A stretch of 64,000 bases of DNA from an uncultured Nitrososphaerota archaeon (GCA_963842885.1 CAWJIE010000005.1:64001-128000); one strand, 5' to 3'. Shown: positions 49,208 through 59,603, numbered from the stretch's first letter. Program-made: numbers and translations. Notes: generated from the letters alone by a model not told the origin.

Positions 49208-50173
49208 TTAAGTATTCTCGAGCAGTCGTGGGCGCGCCAAGTCGACCATCCTTTCGACGACCTCCTTGATCCGGACCCCTGGGCCCCCTCCCATGGCGAA
49301 GTTCGGCTCGCCTCCGCCCTTCCCTCCCTGCTCCTCGAGCACGTCGCTGAGCAGCTTGCCGCAATCAAGGTTCACGCCCGGGCTCCTTGCTATCAGCACG
49401 AACGGAGTCCCCTTTTCACTGTACCCCAGGACGAAGAGATTCCTTCCAGATGTGATCGCCCGGCCCACTTCGAAGAGCAGCACCTTGCCCGCCACCGGCC
49501 CAAGATCATAGGCGTAGATCTCCGTCCCTCCGATGGAGCTCGAAGGGTGCAGACTCCGGAACACCCGCGAAGTCAGCTCGCCCACGACCCCCTTCAAGCT
49601 CGAAAGCTCAGCTTCGGCCCGTGCCGATGCCTCCGCGATGAAGTTGTGCCTGCAGTGGAGATGTCGCGCCGCCTCGACCTCGCTGAGGATCGTGCTCCCG
49701 ACCAGCCGCATCGCCTCGCGGCCAGTGACGAACGAGAACTCATAGGAAGAGCCTGCAAGGCTGCGGAAGTCCTCAACGACGAAGAGGGAGGCTGTCGCGG
49801 TGCTTCTCGCGTGGCTGTGGGCGCATGTGGCGGCGTCATATTCGCCAATCTGCACCACCCTGACCTTTCCCTCGAGCCGCTCCTCCCTGGTCCTCAGCCT
49901 GGGAAACGTCCTTCGGGCCTCCTCCACTGATGAGAAGGAAAGCTCCTTGACCGGGAGGTCTGCGGCGATCATCCTGTTCGCCGCCTCCATCGAGTCGACC
50001 AGGGCCTTCCAGTCTAGGCGTGACGCCTTCAGCTTCACCTTGCCGCGGAGCCCCTCCTGTTCCACGACATGGACGGTGAGGTCCACTCCTAGGTCCTGGA
50101 GGCTTCTTATGAACAGGTGTTCAGCTGTGTGTGCAGCCGCCTCCGCTTCGGCATTCGTTCCGGTTTCCATCAC
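49208..50173 (-). CDS. AlaX-like alanyl-tRNA editing protein with C-terminal DHHA1 domain
   Basis: HTAEHL, VRVV.IG.YD...CAHSH, GGKGGG...FAMGG. Confidence 0.75.
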   Translation of the reverse strand: MMETGTNAEAEAAAHTAEHLFIRSLQDLGVDLTVHVVEQEGLRGKVKLKASRLDWKALVDSMEAANRMIAADLPVKELSFSSVEEARRTFPRLRTREERLEGKVRVVQIGEYDAATCAHSHARSTATASLFVVEDFRSLAGSSYEFSFVTGREAMRLVGSTILSEVEAARHLHCRHNFIAEASARAEAELSSLKGVVGELTSRVFRSLHPSSSIGGTEIYAYDLGPVAGKVLLFEVGRAITSGRNLFVLGYSEKGTPFVLIARSPGVNLDCGKLLSDVLEEQGGKGGGEPNFAMGGGPGVRIKEVVERMVDLARPRLLENT

Positions 50174-50231
50174 GGTGATGGGGGAACGGGGGGTAATATG
50201 AGCTACGCTCGCCAGTCGCAGAGATGTATAC

Positions 50232-52118
50232 TCAGGAAAACTGGGACGGTTTCACGTAGTCCCCGAACTTGGAGCGTGTTTCACGGAGCCTGGCGCGTTG
50301 CATTCCCAGGACATCGTAGAGCCTCTGTGGCACGTGCTCCATTCCCCTATAGGTTTTCTCCACCCTGTCCAGCTTGGCCAGGCGCTCGGGAATCCTGAGA
50401 GTGAACTGCTCGTCGTAGGCCTCCTGGGTGTAGGGCCTCCCTAAGACCTCGGAGAAGAGCCTCTTCAGGTCGGAGTATATCGGTATCCTGCCAGTGGGAG
50501 TCTCTATGGCCTGGACATCTCCGTGGGTCCGGAGCTCCATCCACTTGAACCAGACGCGCTTGTCCGTCTTGTCGTTGAGGAACCTCCCCTCCTTGTTGCG
50601 AAGAAAGTAATTCACACCGAAGATCTTCGGCTGGTGCTCTAGTTCCTCTCCGAAACGCAAGTTGTCCTCAACATAACGACCGACCGGGATGGAGAGGAAG
50701 TCGAGGTTCGACATTGGATTGAACTCCCTGACCCCCTCCTTGCCCAGCGTGGCCGCCGTCGTCTCAGACTCTAGGCAGGCGCCGAACGTGACGATCCCGT
50801 GCTCCCAGCCGATGGACTCTTCGACAGGCACGCATGTGTCTGAATCTCTTCCGCCGTACACGATGGCGCCCACCTCCACACCCGCAGGGTCTTCGATGAC
50901 CGGGTCCAGGTTGCTGAACAGGTCGAGCGAGACCGTGAAGCGAGCGTTCAGGTGAGAAACGGGCACATCCTTGCCTTTCTCGTCCTTCTTCCCCTGCCAC
51001 CACTTCCCGCTGTGATTGATCCCAGCAGCAGGCATTGCGACGTCCGCTCCGTCCCAGAAGACCCCCCCGTCGCTGGTCACGAGCACATTGGAGAAGATGA
51101 TCTCGCCGGGGCTGTGGAGGACCTTCCACTGAATGGAGTCGTCCCTGGAGTTGATTCCCTGGATGATACCGAAGACGCCCTTCTCCACGTTCACCGAGCG
51201 AACGCTTCCGTTCACTTTGCGCAAGTAGGCTATGTCGTCGCCAACTATCCTCTCCCCTTCGAGCATGGCGGTGGAGGTCTTCCCGCACATCGACGGAAAC
51301 GCCCCCGTGAAGTACGTCCTCCTCCCGCCGGGGCCGTTGACCCCCATAACCAGCATGTGCTCCGTGAGCCAGCCTTCTCTGGATGCCCTGACGATGGCGA
51401 GCCTCATGGCGAGCTTCTTCAGCCCGATGGAGTTCCCGCCGTACTGGGTGTTGACGCTGTAGACCGTCTCCCCGTCCAGGTCGATGTAGATCCTTCTCAT
51501 GCCCAGGTTCTTTGACGTCCTCCGCTCGTCCAGCTCCCCCTCAGAATGGACGAACTTGAACGGCCTGGCGCTGGCTCCCTGGCGAATGAACTCCTCGTAC
51601 CCCTGGCGGTAAAGTATGTCTTCGCTGTGGGCGACGTAGCTGGAGTCGGTTATCTGGACGCAGGGGATGGAGAAAATGGAGCCCACGGGACCGAGACAAT
51701 AGAACGACACGAACATGCGGCGGCCCGCCATGATGCCCTTCAAAAGAGACCTCACTTCCTCAAGCCTCTCCTGCCTTTCGCCCGTCCTGATGCCAGGTCC
51801 CAGATTCACTCCGGCCGGGAGAAGGATCTGGGTGTGCTCCCTGTCCCTTCCCTGATCATAGTAGTTCTCAAAGTGGGCGGTGTGGCCTTCGGTCGAAAGG
51901 CGGGACTCTTCGCCGTCGGCGACCGCGGCCTCTCGGATGAAAATGAAGTCCTTGGGAGTGCTGGCGGAGACGTAGACGCTCAATGGATCGCAGAGCTCGA
52001 CGTATTCCGCAACGAACCTGAGCACGTCATCGCTTCGAATCGCTTCAAGGCGACCAAAGTCCTTCGGTGACAATCGGCCCTTCAGAAAGACCGACGCGCT
52101 GGTCTCAGTAGCTGTCAT
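50232..52118 (-). CDS. pckG: phosphoenolpyruvate carboxykinase (GTP)
   Basis: QITDS.YV.H, YGGNS.GLKK, WLTEHM, GAFPS.CGKTST, VGDDIA, NARF, GVNYF. Confidence 0.95.
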   Translation of the reverse strand: MTATETSASVFLKGRLSPKDFGRLEAIRSDDVLRFVAEYVELCDPLSVYVSASTPKDFIFIREAAVADGEESRLSTEGHTAHFENYYDQGRDREHTQILLPAGVNLGPGIRTGERQERLEEVRSLLKGIMAGRRMFVSFYCLGPVGSIFSIPCVQITDSSYVAHSEDILYRQGYEEFIRQGASARPFKFVHSEGELDERRTSKNLGMRRIYIDLDGETVYSVNTQYGGNSIGLKKLAMRLAIVRASREGWLTEHMLVMGVNGPGGRRTYFTGAFPSMCGKTSTAMLEGERIVGDDIAYLRKVNGSVRSVNVEKGVFGIIQGINSRDDSIQWKVLHSPGEIIFSNVLVTSDGGVFWDGADVAMPAAGINHSGKWWQGKKDEKGKDVPVSHLNARFTVSLDLFSNLDPVIEDPAGVEVGAIVYGGRDSDTCVPVEESIGWEHGIVTFGACLESETTAATLGKEGVREFNPMSNLDFLSIPVGRYVEDNLRFGEELEHQPKIFGVNYFLRNKEGRFLNDKTDKRVWFKWMELRTHGDVQAIETPTGRIPIYSDLKRLFSEVLGRPYTQEAYDEQFTLRIPERLAKLDRVEKTYRGMEHVPQRLYDVLGMQRARLRETRSKFGDYVKPSQFS

Positions 52119-52235
52119 CTGGTTCCCTGAAACTGCACAAACGGTCTGCGAACTATTTTAGTCTTTGTTCGGCAGGAAGTTGCAAGAAAAAGGGAACGAT
52201 CCCGACCCGTCGTCCCTCAGATAGACGTCGACATC

Positions 52236-53528
52236 CTACCTGAAGGTGGAGGTGCCCCACTTCTTCAGGGCCTCTTTCAGTTCCTTGCTCTTGGCCGCAT
52301 ACTCCTGTAAGGGCGTCCCCTGCTGGTAGGCGTCAATGGCATCCCGGAGCGCCTTGGCTCCGGCCCTCCCGCCAGCTGGATGACCCCAGATGCCTCCCCC
52401 GAGCTGCACCACGATGTCGGTGCCAAGGATGTCGAACAGCTGCGGAAGGAGGCCGACGTGAAGGCCACCGGAGCAGACGGGGAAGACAGGCTTCATTCCG
52501 TGCCAATCGGTACCCAGAAGGTGACCACGGCTGTCCGTGCTGGGCGAGGTGATCTTGTCTTCCAGCGTCCGCACCTCGGCCCTCGACGCTTCGAGCTTCC
52601 CCACGACAGTGCCGATGTGAAGCTGGTCGACGCCTATGAGCCGGCATGTCTCGGCGACGACCGCCATGCTCATCCCATGGTTGGGGCTTCTGGTGAAGGC
52701 GGCATGGAAGGCTCTATGGGCATGTATCGCCAGCCCGAGATCACCGGCCGCCTCCCTGAGCGTCTGCAAGGCAGCCCAGCCAGCGGTAATTACATCGATC
52801 ATGATGTACTCCCCGCCCAAGTCCTTCACCAGCTTCGCACGCCGCACCATCTCGTTAGTCTCGGCCGTGATGTTTATCAGGTAGCTCTTGCGCTCGCCCG
52901 TCTCCTTCTCGGCCATGTCCCTGTACCGGAAGGTCTCCCTGGCCCTAGCCTCGAACGGGTTGAAGCCCTGGCTGGTGAGGTTCTCGTCGTCCTTCAGGAG
53001 GTCCAGGCCGCCCAGCCATGCTTCGTAGCCGTAGAGGGCGTGCTCCTTGTATGTGAGGCCTAGCTTAGGCTTAGGAACGGAGGCGGTGAGTGGGCGCTTC
53101 GGGACCTTCATGAAACTCCTTATCCCCTGCCTGCCGAAGCCCGGCCCGCTAAAAGAGCGCACCAACTCCTCGGGCCAGAAGACGTCCACCAGCCTCAGAC
53201 TCCTGAGGGCCTTCATGCCGAAGACGTTCCCCGCTATGCTGCTCATTACCTGGGGCATGTTCCCAGGCTCAAAGAGCTCCAGGGGGTAGGACACGAAGAC
53301 ATATTCGCCATCTAGTCTGTAGGCGTGGGCCATGATGTCCCTCACTTCTTTCGTGAGGGTGGTGAGGGTGGTCCATGTTCCCACGCTGCTCTCAGAGGCG
53401 ACGCGCCCGGCCGCCTCCTCCATGGAGAAGCCCCTTGATGGCCTGACCTTGAATGCCGCCACCAGCTCGCCCTCCGAAGGCTCGTGCTTGAAGTCGAGAA
53501 AATCGGAATACCATTCGATCTTCTTCAT
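52236..53528 (-). CDS. rbcL: RuBisCO large subunit, form III
   Basis: ESSVGTWT, IAGNVFGMK, PKPKLG, GGLDLLKDDENL, HAHRA.H, H.GT.VGKL, SGGLH, GGG..GHP. Confidence 0.95.
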   Translation of the reverse strand: MKKIEWYSDFLDFKHEPSEGELVAAFKVRPSRGFSMEEAAGRVASESSVGTWTTLTTLTKEVRDIMAHAYRLDGEYVFVSYPLELFEPGNMPQVMSSIAGNVFGMKALRSLRLVDVFWPEELVRSFSGPGFGRQGIRSFMKVPKRPLTASVPKPKLGLTYKEHALYGYEAWLGGLDLLKDDENLTSQGFNPFEARARETFRYRDMAEKETGERKSYLINITAETNEMVRRAKLVKDLGGEYIMIDVITAGWAALQTLREAAGDLGLAIHAHRAFHAAFTRSPNHGMSMAVVAETCRLIGVDQLHIGTVVGKLEASRAEVRTLEDKITSPSTDSRGHLLGTDWHGMKPVFPVCSGGLHVGLLPQLFDILGTDIVVQLGGGIWGHPAGGRAGAKALRDAIDAYQQGTPLQEYAAKSKELKEALKKWGTSTFR

Positions 53529-53736
53529 GTCTGCTTTTCCGAGATGTTACAGTGCCTCATACCCATATATGTCTGCGGCCAAAAGCGTCGGGGGAAATGC
53601 AGCGCCCTCCTTGGGGACGGCCGAGAAGAGGGCGGCTGAAGTTGCGCTATCCGTCGCCAAGTCTGCTGATTGCGAGGCTGGCCGTCCCGAATTAGCCAAG
53701 ACCATTTTTTATATTCGTGGAGTCCGCACATCACCC

Positions 53737-55065
53737 ATGAGCCAGCCTAGGAGGGCAGTGATCCTTGGAGCTGCTGGGCGAGACTTCCACAATTTCAACG
53801 TCTTCTTCCGAGAGAATCCCGCCTATGAAGTGGCGGCCTTCACGGCCACGCAGATACCTTACATATCGAACCGGACGTACCCGCGCTCCCTGGCTGGGCC
53901 CAGGTACCCTTCGGGCATCCCGATAGTCCCCGAGTCCGAGCTGTCTTCTCTCATCGAAAAGCAGGGGGTCGACGACGTCTTCTTCTCCTACAGCGACGTC
54001 ACCCACGAGCAGGTCATGCATCTGGCCTCCATGGTCTTGGCTGGGGGAGCCTCCTTTCACCTTCTCGGGCCCAAGGACACCATGATTCCCTCACGTAGAC
54101 CTGTCGTGGCAGTCGTAGGGAGCAGGACGGGAGTGGGCAAGTCCACCATTTCCAGGCACGTCTTCAGGACGCTCTCTGACCTGGGCTGGAAGCCGGTGGT
54201 GGTTAGACATCCGATGCCCTATGGGAACTTCGACCGGGCTGTCGAGAGATATGCCACTGTCGACGACGTCGTGAAGTCGGGCATAACGGTGGAGGAGATG
54301 GAGGAGTACGAGCAGCACGTCGAGCAGGGAGGGGTCATTTACTCTGGAATCGACTACGGAGAGATCCTGAAGCAGGCAGAGAAGGAGGGGGACTTGGTGC
54401 TGTGGGACGGAGGCAACAACGACATGTCGTTCTACAAACCCAACCTGACGATAACGGTGCTGGACCCCACGAGGCCGGGACAGGAGGCGAAGTACCACCC
54501 TGGAGAGGCGAACGTCAGGATGGCTGACATCATAGTGGTCAACAAGGTCAACGTGGCGGCGAAGCAGGAAACGGAAAGGACCATGGCCGCGGCCAGGGAG
54601 CTCAACCCGAAGGCCGAAATCGCCCTCACCGAGTCGGTCGAAACAATCGACAAGCCGGAGCTGGTCAAGGGCAAGGATGTGCTGGTCGTGGAGGACGGGC
54701 CGTCGGTGACCCATGGGGGGCTTTCAGAAGCCGTGGGCGCCAGGGCGGCGCGGCTCTACGGCGCCAGGCTGGTAGACCCGAGGAGCTACGCCGTTGGCTC
54801 GATAAAGGAGGCATATTCGAAGTTCAAGCAGATGGGGCTCGTGATGCCGTCATTGGGGTACAGCAAGGAGCAGCTCAAGGACCTCGAAGATTCCATCAAT
54901 GGAGTCCCGTGCGACGCCGTGCTCCTGGGCACGCCGGCCAACCTGGCGCTCGTGCTCCATATTGTGAAACCCGTGGCGAGAGTCAAGTTCGCGGCCAAAG
55001 ACGCTTCCACCCCGTCGCTTTCGGAGCTCCTCAAGCTGCACGCGGGCGGCTTCAGGCGCGAGTGA
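53737..55065 (+). CDS. cDPGS-family P-loop enzyme, arginine synthetase (ArcE)-like
   Basis: GAAGRDFHNFN, FTATQIP.I, RTG.GKS, RHPMPYG, WDGGNND, VEDGP..THGG. Confidence 0.8.
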   Translation: MSQPRRAVILGAAGRDFHNFNVFFRENPAYEVAAFTATQIPYISNRTYPRSLAGPRYPSGIPIVPESELSSLIEKQGVDDVFFSYSDVTHEQVMHLASMVLAGGASFHLLGPKDTMIPSRRPVVAVVGSRTGVGKSTISRHVFRTLSDLGWKPVVVRHPMPYGNFDRAVERYATVDDVVKSGITVEEMEEYEQHVEQGGVIYSGIDYGEILKQAEKEGDLVLWDGGNNDMSFYKPNLTITVLDPTRPGQEAKYHPGEANVRMADIIVVNKVNVAAKQETERTMAAARELNPKAEIALTESVETIDKPELVKGKDVLVVEDGPSVTHGGLSEAVGARAARLYGARLVDPRSYAVGSIKEAYSKFKQMGLVMPSLGYSKEQLKDLEDSINGVPCDAVLLGTPANLALVLHIVKPVARVKFAAKDASTPSLSELLKLHAGGFRRE

Positions 55066-55176
55066 AGGCCGTCCTAGCCCACGTCTTCGTTGGCTCTTCG
55101 AACCCCTCCCGAGAGGGCTGCAGCGGTGCGCCGAACGAGATACGTTTAAGAGCGAACTTGAGCAAGGATTCGTTCG

Positions 55177-56871
55177 ATGTCGCTGCCGGGTAACATCGAC
55201 AAGGCCCTCGACATAGCCAGGAGACGGGGCTTTTTCTGGCCGGCATACGAGACCTACGGCGGCTCCGCCGGCCTTTTCGTGTTCGGCGATAACGGAGTGA
55301 AGACTCGCGAAAACATCGCGTCGGTGTGGAGGGAGATATTCGTAAAACCGCACGAATTCTTCGAAATAGATGGCCCCGAGTTAGTGCCTGAGCAGATTCT
55401 CGAGGCATCCGGACACGTGGCCAATTTCAAGGACCCGATGGCTGAGTGTCTTGCCTGCCACAGGAAGTTCAGGGCCGACCATCTCCTCGCGGACGTCGGG
55501 ATACTGGTGGGAGAAGGAGCACCTTTGGAGACGATCGAAGCCAGGCTGGCAGAGGGAAAGGTGAGGTGTCCGGAATGCAAGGAGCAGAAGTGGAGCGTTC
55601 GACCCTTCCTCACCATGTTCAAGACAGGCCTGGGCCCGTACAGCGAGGCTGCGGGTTACCTCCGGCCCGAAACCGCGCAGAACATGTTCGTCGAGTTCAA
55701 GCGCATCTTTGAGGTCGGCCGGGGGAGGATCCCCTTCGGAGCGGCACAAGTGGGTAGGGGCTTCAGGAACGAGATTTCACCTCGCCAGTCGCTGGTGCGG
55801 ATGAGGGAGTTCCACATGGCCGAGGTCGAGCTCTTCTTCGATCCGGACGAGCCAGCGTGTGACTTCCTTAGGTTCGTCGAAGACGAGGTCCTGAACCTGC
55901 TCACCGAGGAGGAGGTGGAGGCGCAGAAGGAGGAGGTTCTGTCTGAAAGCGTCAAGGTGGCCCTGGCCAGGGGCCACATCAAGACGCCCTGGCTTGGGTA
56001 CTTCATGGCCCTGTCGAAGCTGTTCCTTGGTAGGCTCGGGATCCCGGCTGACAAACAGAGGTTTAGGGCCAAGGTGAAGGGCGAGAGGGCCCACTATTCC
56101 GTGCAGACGTACGACCATGAAGTCCTCCTGGACGGATGGGGCTGGATTGAGGTGGCCGGACACGCCTACAGGACGGACTACGATCTGAGGTCCCACATGA
56201 AGAAGACGGGCGCCGACTACTCTGTCTCGATTCAGCTCGCGAGCCCCAAGAGGATGACGAAGAGGATCTGGAGCCTGGACGTGTCAGCGGTCAAGGCGAA
56301 GTACAAGGAGGACTGGAAGGACCTCTTGAAGGCGTATGCCTCCCTGAAGGAGGACGCCAGAGAGATGGACGTTCCCAGGGAGCTGGGCGGGATCGCTCTG
56401 GACCCCTCTGTCGTCCAGACGTCGACCAAGGAGGAGGTCATCGCCTCCAAGAAGCTGATCCCGCATGTCGTCGAGCCGAGCTTCGGTCTGGACAGGATCG
56501 TCCTCGCGACGATGGTTCTGGACCTCTACCGCAAGGAAGACCGCGACATACTGAAGTTACCCAGTCGCATAGCGCCCGTTCAGGTGGGGGTGCTCCCGCT
56601 GCTCTCGAAGGACGACATGATAGCGGAAGCCTTGGCGATTCAGACCAGCCTCGAGGCCGCGGGAGTAAGCACGTTCTACGACGAGTCGGGCTCGATAGGG
56701 AAGAGATACGCGCGCCTTGACGAGATCGGGGCTCCCCTGGCGGTGACCGTTGACTATGACACGATTTCGAAGGGGCTGGTGACCATCAGGGAGAGAGATA
56801 CGTGGGAGCAGGTGTCCGTCAGCAGAGACGACCTCCTGTCGAAGATTAAGGGGCTGCTGGGTCGTCCTTAG
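55177..56871 (+). CDS. glyS: glycine--tRNA ligase (archaeal/eukaryotic alpha2 type)
   Basis: RRGF, SGHV.NF.DP, YLRPETAQ, FRNEISPRQ...RMREF, VVEPSFGLDR, SIGKRYAR.DEIG. Confidence 0.96.
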   Translation: MSLPGNIDKALDIARRRGFFWPAYETYGGSAGLFVFGDNGVKTRENIASVWREIFVKPHEFFEIDGPELVPEQILEASGHVANFKDPMAECLACHRKFRADHLLADVGILVGEGAPLETIEARLAEGKVRCPECKEQKWSVRPFLTMFKTGLGPYSEAAGYLRPETAQNMFVEFKRIFEVGRGRIPFGAAQVGRGFRNEISPRQSLVRMREFHMAEVELFFDPDEPACDFLRFVEDEVLNLLTEEEVEAQKEEVLSESVKVALARGHIKTPWLGYFMALSKLFLGRLGIPADKQRFRAKVKGERAHYSVQTYDHEVLLDGWGWIEVAGHAYRTDYDLRSHMKKTGADYSVSIQLASPKRMTKRIWSLDVSAVKAKYKEDWKDLLKAYASLKEDAREMDVPRELGGIALDPSVVQTSTKEEVIASKKLIPHVVEPSFGLDRIVLATMVLDLYRKEDRDILKLPSRIAPVQVGVLPLLSKDDMIAEALAIQTSLEAAGVSTFYDESGSIGKRYARLDEIGAPLAVTVDYDTISKGLVTIRERDTWEQVSVSRDDLLSKIKGLLGRP

Positions 56872-56903
56872 ATACGCTTCAATATCGATTATCGATTTCT
56901 GGA

Positions 56904-57217
56904 GTGGGTGTGACGCGACTGACCCTCCTGCTGGAGCGAGGGCTCTTTGGGGTCTACGTCTTTTGGAGCTGTCACAAGGAGACGATGTGCGGTGACGACT
57001 TCATCACCCCCGAGTTGAAACATGGCCACGAGCTGAGCGCCGGGAGGTTATACCCCGTCCTGGCGGAGCTAGCCGATGCCGGCTACCTTCTGGTCGAGGA
57101 GAGGAACGAGCACAGCAAGCTCCACAAGTAATATCGCACGACTGAGCTCGGAATGAGCAAGCTTTCGGCCATAAGGAGGGACTTGGGGCTCCGATGAAAG
57201 AGTTCCTCATCGATTGA
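56904..57217 (+). pseudogene. PadR-family regulator pseudogene
   Basis: HGHELSAG.LYP.L..L...GYL...E, in-frame TAA at 57129-57131, then Y.TTELG; ATCGAT-T-ATCGAT palindrome upstream (56884-56896). Confidence 0.7.
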
Positions 57218-57264
57218 CTTCACGATTGACAGATTCCATTCCATAGAACGGGTGCTTTCGAGGC

Positions 57265-57450
57265 GTGGTGGCGGACCTGAAATCGGAGAAGAATAAGGGG
57301 TACCTGAGGAGGAGCGGCTACCTAAGGTACTTTGGGCCCGCCCTGATGGTCAGCGTGGCGTGCTTTGATCCTGTCAACTTCGGGGTCGACATGGCTGGAG
57401 GAGCGGCGTTCAACGTGTACCTCCTGATCGGGTCCCTCTGGGTCCAGATG
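57265..57450 (+). pseudogene. N-terminal fragment of an MntH/Nramp transporter
   Basis: YFGPA.MVSVA..DP.NF..D..GGA.F motif, truncated by the convergent gene. Confidence 0.7.
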
Positions 57451-57451
57451 G

Positions 57452-58186
57452 CTAGGAGGGGTTCAAAAGATGTTTCAGCAGGTCGCTATGCTTCTTTTCA
57501 TCTGCTTCTATTGACGCCAGTAGAGCCGTAATGATCCTGTCCGGGAAGAACTGCTTTACGGCGTCAAGGTTGTGGACGTGCGCCGTCTCCTCGTAGGAAA
57601 GCAGCTTCTGCAGCTGCTCGTCGTCCGGGAGGTCGGCCTCAGTCGGCTCGTCCCTCTCTATGTTGCCTATGATGGTCATCACTATGTCGGCATGTCTTAT
57701 GCTGTCGCTGGCCACACCTCTGAAGAGCAACCTCGTCAGGTCGTTCCGCAGGTTGACCGCGACCCCCATGAACAGCTCGGCGGCCTCCTGCTCGGCCTGG
57801 AGCCTCCCTCTGAGGGTGGTCAGAAGCTTCTCCCTGCCCTGCCTCTGGAAGGAATCCGCCTCCGTCTTCGCCACGGCCTTCCTTTGAAGCAACCCGGATA
57901 CTTCATAGATCAGCTCGAAGAACTCGGCCTGGAACATCCTGCCTTCTCGCAAGGCGATCCTGTCGCAGAGGTCGTCCACCAGTTGCAGCACGTCGGGGCG
58001 AGACAGCACCTTGACCTGCGCTGCGGCCCTTTCGCCCTTCATGTACTGGGTGACCGCCGACGGACTCAGCCCCAAGGCCTCCGCAGCGACCTTCCTCCTC
58101 AGCCCTCGCCTTTCGACAAGCCTCCTCACAAGAAGCGCCCTCAGCCCTGGAACGAGCTTCTCAGCTGTAAGCTGCTCAGTGCGCAT
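57452..58186 (-). CDS. HTH regulator fused to a ferritin-like domain
   Basis: LVP.LRALL...L...A..LGLSPSAVTQY..G.R HTH; C-terminal E..A..., DS.RH, EE.A and DEKKH diiron-type pattern. Confidence 0.75.
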   Translation of the reverse strand: MRTEQLTAEKLVPGLRALLVRRLVERRGLRRKVAAEALGLSPSAVTQYMKGERAAAQVKVLSRPDVLQLVDDLCDRIALREGRMFQAEFFELIYEVSGLLQRKAVAKTEADSFQRQGREKLLTTLRGRLQAEQEAAELFMGVAVNLRNDLTRLLFRGVASDSIRHADIVMTIIGNIERDEPTEADLPDDEQLQKLLSYEETAHVHNLDAVKQFFPDRIITALLASIEADEKKHSDLLKHLLNPS

Positions 58187-58409
58187 GAGCCATGCGATGT
58201 TCTGCCCGTCAAATAAAGGTTCCACACTGTGAAAGTCTGTTTGACGACGGGCAGGGAAACGTAAATTCACATCGTCAACTATTCGTTTTACACCAAAAAC
58301 CTCATATCACGCGGATTCGCAGCATGCACAGATAAGCATGGGCCCCCCGGGTAGCGAGCCACCCCATCGAATGCGTCATGCCCATGGGAATCGTGGTCGA
58401 TAGGTCCCG

Positions 58410-59603
58410 ATGAACGTCAGCGGCGCGTCGATCAGGAACTGGGCTCGAATCTTCGGCCCGGCGTGGCTTGTCATGATGGCTGACATCGACATCGCTTCAA
58501 TCATCACCGGGCTCCAGGCGGGGGCGACCTGGGGTTATCGCATGGTCTTCGTGATGCTGGTGCTGACCGTTCCCCTCTTCTTCATCCAGGACGCCGCCGG
58601 GAGGCTGGGCACGGCAGGAGGCATGGGGCTCGGCGAGGCCATCGCATCGTCCTTCGGTCGGAGGACCGCGATCTTGGCTGCAATTCCCATGGCCGCATCC
58701 GATTTCCTTGAGTACGTCGCAGAGTACGCGGGAATAGCCATCGGCCTCTACCTCATCGGGCTTCCCGTCCTGATCGGCCTGGTGGCGGCCTACCTCGTCA
58801 CTACCTCCATAGTGGTGGGCAGGAAATACAGGCAGGCCGAGATGGTACTCCTCCCCCTGAGCTTCCTGGTGGTCGCCAGCATCGCTGTGTCCGCCTTGCT
58901 ATTCCCTGTCGATTTGAGTAAGCTGGTGTCGGTCGGGCTGTCCCCGCTACAGCCTTACGGAGATTCCTCCTTCGACTTCCTCATGGCAGCCAGCATAGGG
59001 GCAGTCGTGATGCCTTGGATGCTCTATTTCCATTCGGGGGCGGATTCCAGGAAGAAGCTGAAGGCGGCCGACCTCAGGTTTGAAAGGCTCGAAACACTCG
59101 TCGGCGCCGTGGTGTCCGAGGTCCTAATGGCCGTCATCGTGGTCGACGGGGCGCACCTCCCCAGCTCCGGCAATTTCCTGAGCACCTCCGAACTGTCTGC
59201 GGCCCTCTCTCCGCTGGGGGCATACGCGCCGGCCCTTCTGGGGATCGGGCTCGTCTGTGCGGGATTCCTGGCCCTGGTCGTGATCTCGTTGGGCTCGGCG
59301 TGGGGGGCGCTGGAGGCTCTCGGGAAGCGCTCCAGGAAGGCCTTCCTGTGGGTGTATGGGCTTGAGAGCATCCCCGCGTTGGCAGTCGTGCTCCTAGTCG
59401 GCAACTATGTCCACCTCCTCCTGAGCCTGATGGTGACCTTCACAATCATAATCATCCCCTCTCTGTACTTCCTTGGGAAGCTCGTTGCCGACAGGAAGGT
59501 CATGAATGGCAGGCATTATGGCAGGCGCGAGATGGCCGTCTACTGGTTGATGTCCCTGGGGATCGTCGTTGGAGGGATCCTGGGGCTGGCTTCCGTCTTC
59601 TAG
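58410..59603 (+). CDS. Nramp-family divalent metal transporter (non-canonical motif)
   Basis: FGPAWLVMMADID..S, G...GY, Q..A.RLG..G.GL, GAVVMPWML. Confidence 0.85.
   Translation: MNVSGASIRNWARIFGPAWLVMMADIDIASIITGLQAGATWGYRMVFVMLVLTVPLFFIQDAAGRLGTAGGMGLGEAIASSFGRRTAILAAIPMAASDFLEYVAEYAGIAIGLYLIGLPVLIGLVAAYLVTTSIVVGRKYRQAEMVLLPLSFLVVASIAVSALLFPVDLSKLVSVGLSPLQPYGDSSFDFLMAASIGAVVMPWMLYFHSGADSRKKLKAADLRFERLETLVGAVVSEVLMAVIVVDGAHLPSSGNFLSTSELSAALSPLGAYAPALLGIGLVCAGFLALVVISLGSAWGALEALGKRSRKAFLWVYGLESIPALAVVLLVGNYVHLLLSLMVTFTIIIIPSLYFLGKLVADRKVMNGRHYGRREMAVYWLMSLGIVVGGILGLASVF

Noticed and set aside
52236-53528. RuBisCO-like protein (form IV) for methionine salvage
   Set aside because: Catalytic and substrate-binding motifs (KDDE, GNVFGMK, HRA.H, GKL) are those of true form III.
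53332-53736. N-terminal extension of the 577-aa ORF
   Set aside because: Overlaps rbcL antisense; the family N-terminus and a TATA (TTTATA ~53708) support ATG 53737.
58320-58409. yybP-ykoY manganese riboswitch before Nramp
   Set aside because: A stem is possible, but the GGGGAGUAGC/GAGACC consensus is missing.
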